64,000 nucleotides of DNA, taken from positions 888 to 64,887 of the forward strand of contig CAZYMF010000005.1 of NCBI GenBank assembly GCA_964648215.1. Reading direction: 5' to 3'. The DNA is from an uncultured Candidatus Binatia bacterium (lineage in GTDB: Bacteria > Desulfobacterota > Binatia > HRBIN30 > JACQVA1). The notes under the pieces were generated by a model. That model had not been told where the DNA came from. It worked only from the letters and a program-made list of their open reading frames with translations, and searched no databases. How positions within the stretch are numbered: the first letter of the stretch is position 1; the number at the start of each line of letters is the position of its first letter. Shown piece by piece: positions 56,908 through 64,000 of this stretch. The translations under genes were made by a program, and so were the position numbers.

Positions 56908-59900
56908 GTGCCGAGCAAGGATGGCAAGGGTGTCCGGACCGCCGCCGTCGGCGCCGCCCTTGTTGACGTGGGCGGCCGTCCTCGGCATAGTTGCGCCTCT
57001 TCTGCTGTGCCGAGCGGAGCCGCATATCGACGCTGGCTGCGAGGTGCAGCAAGCGTAACAATCGTGGTGGGGTGCGTAGTCCGCGTTGCCGCCGCCGTAC
57101 CGCTGTCCGCGGCCGGAGATGCCGATTGCGACGGCGCGGTGACATTCGCCGATGTAGCGCACCTGCAGGCCGAGCTCGTCGACGGCGACGGCAATCTCGC
57201 CACGTCGGTCGACGGGGGCTCCGTCTTCAGCTGCAGTGGGGCGGATGCCAACGGTGACGGCGTGGTCACGGCGGCCGACGTATCTGCCATGCTCGCTTTG
57301 ATTCCGACGCCACGCCAGTCCCCGACGCCCACCAGCGCTACGCCGGCGGCGACACCGACGCCGCCAGCAGGGCCGATCCTGACGTTCTTCGGCCTCGCCG
57401 CGGCTGATGGCTCGATCCTCACGCCGGTTGGCTCCGCCAACGGGATCCCCATCTACCAGCGCATCGTCGGGGTGGGATTCAAGCTGGTCGTGGAAGGGGC
57501 GCCCGGAAGCGACGGCGCGGTGATTGGCACGAAGACCTCGAACTTCAAACCCGACGACCCCAGCGCGCGCCCGGATTTGCAGGTTCTGCTCTCGAGCCCG
57601 CTCGGCGATGGCAGCCCGGTGGTTTGCCAGGACGGCATCCCGGCGGAGCCGCCGACGTTCGGCCCCTCGCAGGAGATCGCCAATGCCTTGAACGACTTCG
57701 GCTGCCGATCGACCGTCGTGGGCAACCCCAACGCTGCGTGCACGCTGAACCAGTTCGGCAACCCGTCCTTCCGTTCGTCGGATACACGGACGCAGTTCTG
57801 CGTGCTGGTGGCCACGGAGCTGCAGTTTCCCGACGGCGATACCCTGGTGACCGCCCGCCTGCGGGATGCCGACGGAGAGGTCGGATCGACGGGCCAGATC
57901 ATCGTCAGGATCGGCGACAATCCCTTGCCGACCAGCACGCCAACCATCCCGCCCCCGACGGCCACCCGCACCCACACCCGGACGCCGACACCGACGCGCA
58001 GCCCGTCTCCGGAGCCCACGTCGACCAGGGTGCCAACGGCGACGCGGACTCCATCGCCGACGAGAACCGCAACGCCGTCGGCGAGCCCGACCGCGACGCG
58101 CGCGGTGCCGACCGCGACACGAACCGCGACCTCGAGCCCGACGCGCACGCCGACGCGCACGGTCACGGTTACCGGAACCGTTCCGGCAACGCCGACGGCG
58201 ACGACAACACGCACCTTCTCCCCCACGATGACGGCCACGCCGAGCTCCACCCGGACGGCGACGCCGACCCGGACAGCGACGCCGACCCGGACGGCGACAT
58301 CGACGGCCTCTCCCACCGGGACGCGACCGCCCACGGAAACACCGACCGCCACGCCTTCTCCCACACGGACATTCACCCGCAGCGCGACAGCCACGACGAC
58401 CCGCACGCCGACGCGCACGGCTACGGCCACACGGACCGCGACGCCGACACGGACTCCTACTCCGACGCGGACGCCGACGCCTAGCCTGACCATCACCGGG
58501 ACGCGACCGCCGACCAGCACCGCGACGATCACGCCGACGGCAACGCCAACGCCGAGCACGACACCGACCAGTACCCCGAGCAGGACCGATACGAGGACGG
58601 CAACGCCAACCCACACGGGAACACCTACGCGGACCAACACCCCGGTCCCTTCCGCGACATCGAGCCGTACGGCGACGGCAAGCTGGACACTCACGCCCAC
58701 CCGGACCGGGACACCGACGCGCACCCCCACCGGCACGTTGCCTCCCACCTCTACGCCGACGCGCACGGGGACACCGACCGAAACCCCGACGCCGACGCGC
58801 GTCCCGACCTATACCCCAATGGCAACCGCCACGGGTACCGTCACGGCCACGCCGACAAAAACCCGGACCCCGACGCGCACCGCGACCTTCACCCGATCGC
58901 CGACGCCGACGCGGACGCGATTTCCCACCTACACGGCGACACCGACCCGGACGGCGACGCCCTCGGCGACGCCCAGCAAGACCCGCACGCCGACACGCAC
59001 GCCGACGGCGACCACCACGCCGAGCTCAACACCGACGTCGACCCCGACCGCCACCCCGACGAGGACGCCGACGCCGACCGTGACCAGGACACCGTCGCCG
59101 ACGCAAACGCCGACACGGACGGCGACGATCACCCCGTCACCGACGAACACGCTTTCGCCGACACCGACGCTGAGCCCGACGCCGAGCGCGACTCCCACGC
59201 CGACCCCAAGCTTGACCCCGACGCGGACGCCGACGGTGACGCGGACGCCGACGTTGACGCCGACCGTCACGGCGACTCGCACGCCGTCCTTCACGCGCAC
59301 GCCGACGCGGACGGCGACACCGACAGCGACACCGACGATCACCAACACGCCCACCATCACCGCGACGCCGACGATCACCGGCACGCCGACCCCGACACCG
59401 TTTCCCGGCCCCTCCATCACTTTCTTCGGTGCCATCAATTCCGATGGCACGGTGCCGACGCCGACGGCGTACACCGCGGGGGGAATCCCAATCTACGAGC
59501 GGCCGCTCGGGTTCAACTTCACCATCGTCGCCGAAGGCAAGCCCGGAGGCAGTCGCCGGCCGGTGGGATCGCAGTCGTTCAACTGGGATCCCGCGGATCC
59601 CGCCGCGCGTCCGGACCTGCAGATGCTGGTAGCGCGGCCTCTCGGCGACGGCAGCACGACCGTGTGCGACAACACCTTCCCGATGATTGGCGGTGTGCCC
59701 GCCGTCGACCCGCCGGACTACTCGCTCACGCAGCCGATCTCCGACGCGATCAACGACCTCGGGTGCCGGTTCGTCAACGGCTCGGGGCTGACTCAGGGGC
59801 GCCCGTCCCCCGCCGACGCGTGCACAGTCGGCAGCGACGGCGACTTCCACTTCGTCGGCTCGGGAACGACAATGCAGTTCTGCGGTACCATGGGTCGGCT

Positions 59901-60006
59901 CTTCGACTTCCCCATGGGCGACACGCTGGTCACGGTCAAGCTGCGCGACACCGGCAACAACTTGAGCAAGACCGCGCACATGATCGTGCGGGTAACGGCG
60001 CCCTAG
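56908..60006 (+). CDS. Large extracytoplasmic protein: dockerin-like repeats, unknown domain copy A, a Thr/Pro/Arg-rich linker of about 495 aa, unknown domain copy B
   Basis: Single open frame of 1032 aa. The start is GTG 56908 or GTG 57007; the latter gives [23 protein letters not shown], a lipoprotein-like signal. See findings for the domain comparison. Confidence 0.8.
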   Translation: MPSKDGKGVRTAAVGAALVDVGGRPRHSCASSAVPSGAAYRRWLRGAASVTIVVGCVVRVAAAVPLSAAGDADCDGAVTFADVAHLQAELVDGDGNLATSVDGGSVFSCSGADANGDGVVTAADVSAMLALIPTPRQSPTPTSATPAATPTPPAGPILTFFGLAAADGSILTPVGSANGIPIYQRIVGVGFKLVVEGAPGSDGAVIGTKTSNFKPDDPSARPDLQVLLSSPLGDGSPVVCQDGIPAEPPTFGPSQEIANALNDFGCRSTVVGNPNAACTLNQFGNPSFRSSDTRTQFCVLVATELQFPDGDTLVTARLRDADGEVGSTGQIIVRIGDNPLPTSTPTIPPPTATRTHTRTPTPTRSPSPEPTSTRVPTATRTPSPTRTATPSASPTATRAVPTATRTATSSPTRTPTRTVTVTGTVPATPTATTTRTFSPTMTATPSSTRTATPTRTATPTRTATSTASPTGTRPPTETPTATPSPTRTFTRSATATTTRTPTRTATATRTATPTRTPTPTRTPTPSLTITGTRPPTSTATITPTATPTPSTTPTSTPSRTDTRTATPTHTGTPTRTNTPVPSATSSRTATASWTLTPTRTGTPTRTPTGTLPPTSTPTRTGTPTETPTPTRVPTYTPMATATGTVTATPTKTRTPTRTATFTRSPTPTRTRFPTYTATPTRTATPSATPSKTRTPTRTPTATTTPSSTPTSTPTATPTRTPTPTVTRTPSPTQTPTRTATITPSPTNTLSPTPTLSPTPSATPTPTPSLTPTRTPTVTRTPTLTPTVTATRTPSFTRTPTRTATPTATPTITNTPTITATPTITGTPTPTPFPGPSITFFGAINSDGTVPTPTAYTAGGIPIYERPLGFNFTIVAEGKPGGSRRPVGSQSFNWDPADPAARPDLQMLVARPLGDGSTTVCDNTFPMIGGVPAVDPPDYSLTQPISDAINDLGCRFVNGSGLTQGRPSPADACTVGSDGDFHFVGSGTTMQFCGTMGRLFDFPMGDTLVTVKLRDTGNNLSKTAHMIVRVTAP
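57922..59406 (+). repeat. Coding low-complexity quasi-tandem repeat (ACN-CCN-ACN-CGN-ACN-GCN type) encoding the TPTRTATPT linker
   Basis: About 1.5 kb of near-periodic ACG/CCG/CGC/GCG codons. It produces the mirror-image VGVRVGV ORFs on the opposite strand. Confidence 0.9.
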
Positions 60007-60021
60007 CAGCAGAGCGCGGCG

Positions 60022-60342
60022 TTACTTCGGGGGCAGGGTGGGCGAGGGACGGGGAGTACCAGGCCCGGCTGGTTCGGACTGCAACTGCTGCGTGGTCTGG
60101 TCCCGGCGCAGCAGCTCGTTTTCTGCCGCCAACCGCTCCTCTTCCTTGGTGAGCTGTTGCACGCGCCCTTCGAGATCCCGCTTGGCCGCCTGCAGCGTCG
60201 CGACCTCGCTCTCAACGCCGCGCAGGCGCGTCTCGGCCTGCCGTAGTCGCTCGGCATGCCGTCCCCACAGAAAGTAGCCGCCGCCGACACCGGCCGCCGC
60301 CGCAAAGACGACGGCCAGCAGAGCTGCCAGCCAACGGCTCAC
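60022..60342 (-). CDS. Membrane-anchored coiled-coil protein (hypothetical)
   Basis: N-terminal TM segment WLAALLAVVFAAAAGVGGGYFLW, then heptad-rich LRQAETRLRGVESEVATLQAAKRDLEGRVQQL, and a Pro-rich tail. Confidence 0.55.
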   Translation of the reverse strand: MSRWLAALLAVVFAAAAGVGGGYFLWGRHAERLRQAETRLRGVESEVATLQAAKRDLEGRVQQLTKEEERLAAENELLRRDQTTQQLQSEPAGPGTPRPSPTLPPK

Positions 60343-60461
60343 GTGCCCCCTCTCGGCGACCCCGTCGGCCTGGCCATAGGAGTCCCCTTATACCCCAACC
60401 CGGACGCCGGCGCACCTTTTCCGGCCATGATCCACCGTACGCGCGTGCCGCCGGGCGCACG

Positions 60462-60490
60462 TTGACTGGACACTACGCGTCCGTTATATG
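60462..60490 (+). promoter_or_regulatory. Sigma70-type promoter candidate upstream of the small zinc-ribbon genes
   Basis: TTGACT (60462-60467), 17-nt spacer, TATATG (60485-60490), in a locally A/T-richer stretch. Confidence 0.4.
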
Positions 60491-60621
60491 AGAGGATCAA
60501 GTGAGAGAGAAAGGCCAAGCCCCGGGAACAGACGCGGGCGTCTTTTTCTCGGCCGGTGACGGGGCGCTCCCCGACCAGGCGACGAACGCGTTCACAAATT
60601 CTTTGACTAGGGAGAGCGACG

Positions 60622-60795
60622 ATGGCGGACAAGAGGGCGAAGACGGCGCAAAAGAATGCGGGGCAGGGCCAGAAAGCACATCCGTGTCCCAGCTGCGGCG
60701 CGGAGAGCAAGGTGACCTATTTCACCGGTTTCGGCCGCAAGGGGTTCTTTTGGACCTGCGAGAAGGACTGCGGCTATAGCGAACGCACCCGCTAA
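60622..60795 (+). CDS. Small basic zinc-ribbon protein (57 aa), not in the ORF track (below the size cutoff)
   Basis: My translation: MADKRAKTAQKNAGQGQKAHPCPSCGAESKVTYFTGFGRKGFFWTCEKDCGYSERTR. It has CxxC...CxxxC. GGGAGAG lies 6 nt upstream of the ATG, and the next gene follows after 16 nt. Confidence 0.45.
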   Translation: MADKRAKTAQKNAGQGQKAHPCPSCGAESKVTYFTGFGRKGFFWTCEKDCGYSERTR

Positions 60796-60811
60796 CAGGA
60801 GAGACGTCTCC

Positions 60812-61186
60812 ATGGGTCGAACGGCGAAGAAGAGCAAGAGTAAGAGCAGCAGTAAGAGCAGCAGTAAGAAGGCTCACACCATCTTCGATGCGCACGAGCG
60901 AGGCGAGAGCACCGAGGAAGGCGATCTTCCCAAAGACGAGGCCGGTCGTCGAAAGATCAAGCGGCAGTACGAGAACCTGCTCGGCATCCGTGTCGAGAAG
61001 CTGAAGGGCCGCATCCTCAATCGCGAGCGCATCAACAAGACGATCGAAGGCGTGTACTTCATCTGCGCCGAATGCAAGAAGGTCTGCCACAACATGGACG
61101 ACGGGTTGGTGGAAGACCCCAACAACGCCTATAACCTCTGCGGCGCCTGCTCGAAGTCGGCCAAGCCCAAGGGGCGCGCCGCTTAG
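60812..61186 (+). CDS. Small protein with Lys/Ser-rich N-terminal tail and C4 zinc ribbon (hypothetical)
   Basis: MGRTAKKSKSKSSSKSSSKK...; YFICAECKKVC...NLCGACSKS. CAGGAGAG upstream. Confidence 0.6.
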   Translation: MGRTAKKSKSKSSSKSSSKKAHTIFDAHERGESTEEGDLPKDEAGRRKIKRQYENLLGIRVEKLKGRILNRERINKTIEGVYFICAECKKVCHNMDDGLVEDPNNAYNLCGACSKSAKPKGRAA

Positions 61187-62097
61187 GCGCCTCGGTGCAG
61201 CGCGTCGTCGAGCGCCGTGGGCCGCGGGCTCTCGACCAGTATCCGGCTCCCCGTCCTCGGGTGAGCGAAGCGGATCCGAGCCGCGTGCAGCATGAGCCGC
61301 TCGGCTTGGATCCCGCCGTACAGCGCGTCGCCGACGATCGGATGTCCGATCGACGCCAGGTGTACGCGAATCTGGTGGGTGACCCCCGTCCGAATCTCGA
61401 TCGCGAGTAGGGTGAGCGATTGGGCACGCTCCTGGGGGTGGTAGCGCGTCAGCGCCGGCCGCGCCCGCCACGGCCCAGTCTGCTCGGCATGGGAGCAAAC
61501 GCGCATGCGACCGCGGTGGCCTCGGTCGTGCGCGATCGGCGCGGCCACCTCCCCGGAGACGGCGACATCGCCGCCGACCACGGCCAGGTATTCCTTGACC
61601 ACCGTGTGCGCGGAAAACTGGCGGCGTAGCTCGGCGTATGCGAACTCGCTGCGCGCCGCCACCAGCACGCCGGATGTTCCGGTGTCCAGGCGGTGCACCA
61701 GGCCGGCTTCGCCCGCCGCCGTCGCCAGCGCCGCCATCTCGGGAAAGTGCGCCACCAGAAAGTTGGCGACGGTGTCGCGTTCGTCCATGCGCAACGCGTG
61801 CGACGGCAGGCCGGGGGGTTTGTCGACGACGACGACGTCGTCATCGGCGTACAGAAACGCAATCGCCAGCTCGGTATTCGGCGCCAGCGACGTCGGGGCG
61901 AGCGCCTCGGCGGGGATCTCCAACACGTCGCCGCCACGCACCAGCGCGCCCTTCGGTTGCCGCCTGCCGTTCAGTCGGACCGCCCCCTTGGCGATGAGCT
62001 CCCGCACGCGGCGGCGCGAGGTTCCCGGCAGCTGCCGCGTGATGAAAACGTCGAGGCGCTGCGGCACGCTTGCCGAAGGTACCACCCAGGCGGGCAT
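61183..62097 (-). CDS. rluD: RluA/RluD-family rRNA pseudouridine synthase with N-terminal S4 domain
   Basis: S4-like RLDVFITRQLPGTSRRRVRELIAKGAVRLNG. Catalytic HRLDTGTSGVLVAARS. C-terminal THQIRVH. Confidence 0.85.
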   Translation of the reverse strand: MPAWVVPSASVPQRLDVFITRQLPGTSRRRVRELIAKGAVRLNGRRQPKGALVRGGDVLEIPAEALAPTSLAPNTELAIAFLYADDDVVVVDKPPGLPSHALRMDERDTVANFLVAHFPEMAALATAAGEAGLVHRLDTGTSGVLVAARSEFAYAELRRQFSAHTVVKEYLAVVGGDVAVSGEVAAPIAHDRGHRGRMRVCSHAEQTGPWRARPALTRYHPQERAQSLTLLAIEIRTGVTHQIRVHLASIGHPIVGDALYGGIQAERLMLHAARIRFAHPRTGSRILVESPRPTALDDALHRGA

Positions 62098-62104
62098 GGA
62101 TGCC

Positions 62105-62296
62105 TCAGCTGTCGCTCATCGCGGTGCCCCCCCACTCGACCTGACCACGAAGGTCGGCGAACGGGTTGGCTCCGCGCTTGCGGGCGCGGTAGGGTTGGCG
62201 CGCGGGATCGAGCGTGCAGGAGGCGAACTCGAAGCTGTTCGACGGTACGCGGCCGCGTCGGACGATGGTGCCGAAAGAGCGCTTCAGTCCCGGCAT
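62105..62296 (-). CDS. Possible small basic protein upstream of rluD (doubtful)
   Basis: 63-aa ORF ending 8 nt before the rluD start, with high third-position GC. No motif and no clear SD. Confidence 0.25.
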   Translation of the reverse strand: MPGLKRSFGTIVRRGRVPSNSFEFASCTLDPARQPYRARKRGANPFADLRGQVEWGGTAMSDS

Positions 62297-62332
62297 GACC
62301 GCCGATTATAAGAAGGACCAGGGAGATGAGCA

Positions 62333-63457
62333 ATGCAATTCGAGCGATGGCGCAGGGAGTTCCTGAGCTGCGGGGAGACGATCAACTTCAACCACGCCGG
62401 CGTCTCATCGCTGCCGGCGCGCGTGGCCCAGGCGGTGACGCGTTTCGCCGAGCAGGCGACGGCGATCGACGGCGCCGTCCACCGGCAGTGGGTCGAGAGA
62501 ATGGCAGCGGTGCGAGATTCGTTCGCGCGGTTGATCGGTGCCGCAGCGGCCGAGATCGCGTTCGTGAAGAACACGGCGGAAGGCTTGTCGTTGGTCGCCG
62601 GCGGCCTCGACTGGCAGCCGGGAGACAACGTCATCGCCGTCGACGGTGACTACCCCTCCAACGTCTATCCGTGGTTCGGCCTGCGGCGTTGGGGCGTCGA
62701 GACCCGAATGCTCACCCCCGTGGCCGGTCGTTTCGCCGTCGATCAGTTGCGTGCGGCCTGCGACGCGCGGACGCGGGTGGTGGCGGTCAGCGCCGTCGAC
62801 TGGCAGACCGGATTCCGGTGCGACCTGCGGGCGCTCGGCGCCTTCTGTCGCGAGCGCGGCGTTCTCTTCTGCGTCGACGCCATTCAGGCCGTGGGCGCGT
62901 TGCAGATCGACGTGGAGCACGATCTGGTCGACTGTCTCGCTGCCGGTGGCCACAAATGGCTGCTGGCGCCGGAGGGGTGCGGCTGTCTGTTCGTCTCGTC
63001 GCGCGTCGTCGAGCGCCTGCAGCCGGTCCTGCTGGGCTGGAAGAGCGTGCGCGAGCCGGAAGCATTTCTCCCCTATCACTTCGAGCTCCGGCCCGATGCC
63101 AGTCGCTTCGAACCCGGCACGCCGCCCTATCTCGGCATCCACGCGCTCGGCGCGGCTCTCGACCTCCTGCACGAGGCCGGCCCCGCGGCCATCGAGGCCC
63201 GCGTGCTCGAGCTGACGGCGCTGCTGGCGCATGGGCTGCGCCAGCGCGGCGCCGAGATCCTGAGCCCCTGGGGTGAAACCGAGCGCTCCGGGATTCTCAC
63301 CTTTCGCCTGGGCGATGATCCCGAGGCGCTGGCGCGAAACCTGGTCAAGCACGGTATCCTATGCCGCGTGCGCGCGGGCGGGGTGCGTCTGGCGCCACAC
63401 TTCTACAACGACGAAAACGACGTGGCTCGCTTCTTCGCGGTGCTGGCGGACGGGTAG
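62333..63457 (+). CDS. Class V aminotransferase (cysteine desulfurase / selenocysteine lyase-like, PLP-dependent)
   Basis: INFNHAGVSSLP, VSAVDWQTG, LAAGGHKWLLAPEGCG (PLP-Lys in HK). Confidence 0.85.
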   Translation: MQFERWRREFLSCGETINFNHAGVSSLPARVAQAVTRFAEQATAIDGAVHRQWVERMAAVRDSFARLIGAAAAEIAFVKNTAEGLSLVAGGLDWQPGDNVIAVDGDYPSNVYPWFGLRRWGVETRMLTPVAGRFAVDQLRAACDARTRVVAVSAVDWQTGFRCDLRALGAFCRERGVLFCVDAIQAVGALQIDVEHDLVDCLAAGGHKWLLAPEGCGCLFVSSRVVERLQPVLLGWKSVREPEAFLPYHFELRPDASRFEPGTPPYLGIHALGAALDLLHEAGPAAIEARVLELTALLAHGLRQRGAEILSPWGETERSGILTFRLGDDPEALARNLVKHGILCRVRAGGVRLAPHFYNDENDVARFFAVLADG

Positions 63458-63627
63458 CGGGGGGCCGACCGCCGGGAACCGGGAGGCGAGAGAACGGAAA
63501 CCGGTGCGGCTGGAAGGGAGACCCGGCGGCGGCCGTCCCCGTCGTCGCTTGCCTCGCGGTTCGCTCTTCGCGGCTCTGTGCCGGCCGTCTTCTCTGCGGG
63601 CGCCATCCACGCAGGTCGGACAGGCTT

Positions 63628-64000
63628 GTGTCGGCGCTCCAAAAGTCGCAAGCTGCCCCGGTGACTCGACCGGGACGGAGTATCCGCATCGCCGGCGCGG
63701 CCCCGCCGCCCGTTCGTTTTGCCGCCGCGGAGTTGCAGCACTACCTGGGGCGGATGCTGGCCGAGGAGCTTTCCATCGAGAGCGACGCCACGGTCGGGGA
63801 CAGTGGCTTGTTGCTCGGCAGCGGCCCTTTCTCCGCGCCGCGACATGCGGGGGCGGACCACTTCTCCATTGCTCCGACCGCGGACGGCGCGGTCGTCTCC
63901 GGCGGCTCGGGGCGTGCGGTTCTCCACGGCACCTACGCGCTGCTGCAGCAGCTCGGTTGCCGCTGGCCGTTGCCGGGGCACGGCGAAGAGGTGGTGCCGC
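63628..64000 (+). CDS. Hypothetical protein, 3' partial (runs off the window)
   Basis: Frame open from GTG 63628 (or GTG 63661) to the window end. My translation is ...IRIAGAAPPPVRFAAAELQHYLGRMLAEE...VLHGTYALLQQLGCRW. High third-position GC. It is absent from the track because it has no stop in the window. Confidence 0.4.
   Translation, partial: MSALQKSQAAPVTRPGRSIRIAGAAPPPVRFAAAELQHYLGRMLAEELSIESDATVGDSGLLLGSGPFSAPRHAGADHFSIAPTADGAVVSGGSGRAVLHGTYALLQQLGCRWPLPGHGEEVVP

Noticed and set aside
57922-59406. Possible CRISPR-like or intergenic tandem-repeat array.
   Set aside because: There is no repeat-spacer organisation. The periodicity is 6-18 nt, stays in one open reading frame for 1.5 kb, and is flanked in-frame by globular domains.
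57453-59474. Long minus-strand ORFs 57453..58766 (437 aa), 58929..59474 (181 aa), and the upstream part of 56413..58614, with VGVRVGV / RRRGR-type translations.
   Set aside because: They are mirror-frame products of the Thr/Pro codon repeat on the plus strand. They are compositionally degenerate, and they overlap a plus-strand frame that continues into two well-formed paralogous domains.
60339-60710. 123-aa minus-strand ORF across the coiled-coil / zinc-ribbon intergenic region.
   Set aside because: The translation is implausible (Cys/Phe/Pro/Ala-rich, no start context). The region is better explained by a plus-strand promoter, leader and the 57-aa zinc-ribbon ORF.

Overview
One 64 kb stretch of a high-GC (by eye about two-thirds G+C) diderm bacterial chromosome. 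It is densely coding and mostly housekeeping. I saw no rRNA, CRISPR array, transposase, integrase or phage genes. All family calls come from motif recognition in the supplied translations; no database search was run.

Gene order:
- 1-7 kb: a 5' partial outer-membrane beta-barrel, then an acyl-CoA cluster. A CitE/HpcH CoA-ester lyase sits divergent from a long-form acyl-CoA dehydrogenase, followed by GST, Zn-ADH and a crotonase.
- 7-9.3 kb: tRNA-Gly(GCC), tRNA-Cys(GCA) and tRNA-Leu(UAA), separated by a 2 kb three-gene islet.
- 9.5-11.4 kb: a LysM L,D-transpeptidase and a membrane coiled-coil protein.
- 11.6-30.4 kb: one co-directional envelope supercluster, lysS-lolC/E-lolD-bamA-skp-fabZ-lpxA-lpxI-gfo-lpxB-msbA-DUF374-waaA-lpxK-trm112-GT9-LPS kinase-GT4.
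- To 39.1 kb: a strand-alternating LPS-core mosaic of GT2/GT4/GT9 enzymes, two methyltransferases, DUF4254 and a heptose-7-P kinase.
- 39-47 kb: yicC, an FmdB zinc ribbon, a Tat small subunit plus GMC oxidoreductase, an M16 peptidase pair and an amidase.
- 47.1-48.6 kb: a small module of unknown function (DUF3553-like gene; SprT-like HExxH protein plus a 185-aa partner with its own consensus promoter).
- 48.6-53.1 kb: a two-subunit NAD-type formate dehydrogenase.
- 53.2-55.8 kb: lgt, a TlpA-like thioredoxin and a secreted gluzincin.
- 55.9-61.2 kb: the least explainable region. It holds an XRE regulator, a phasin-like protein, a 1032-aa protein, a membrane coiled-coil protein and two small basic zinc-ribbon proteins (one below the ORF-track cutoff). 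The 1032-aa protein has dockerin-like repeats and two copies of an unrecognised four-Cys domain separated by about 495 aa of Thr/Pro/Arg repeat.
- 61.2-64 kb: an RluD-like pseudouridine synthase, a class V aminotransferase and a partial ORF at the 3' edge.

I cannot show that any of this is a new multi-gene system. The best candidates are the 55.9-61.2 kb island and the 47.5-48.6 kb two-gene module. Many long ORFs in the track are antisense or out-of-frame artefacts of the high GC content and were not called.
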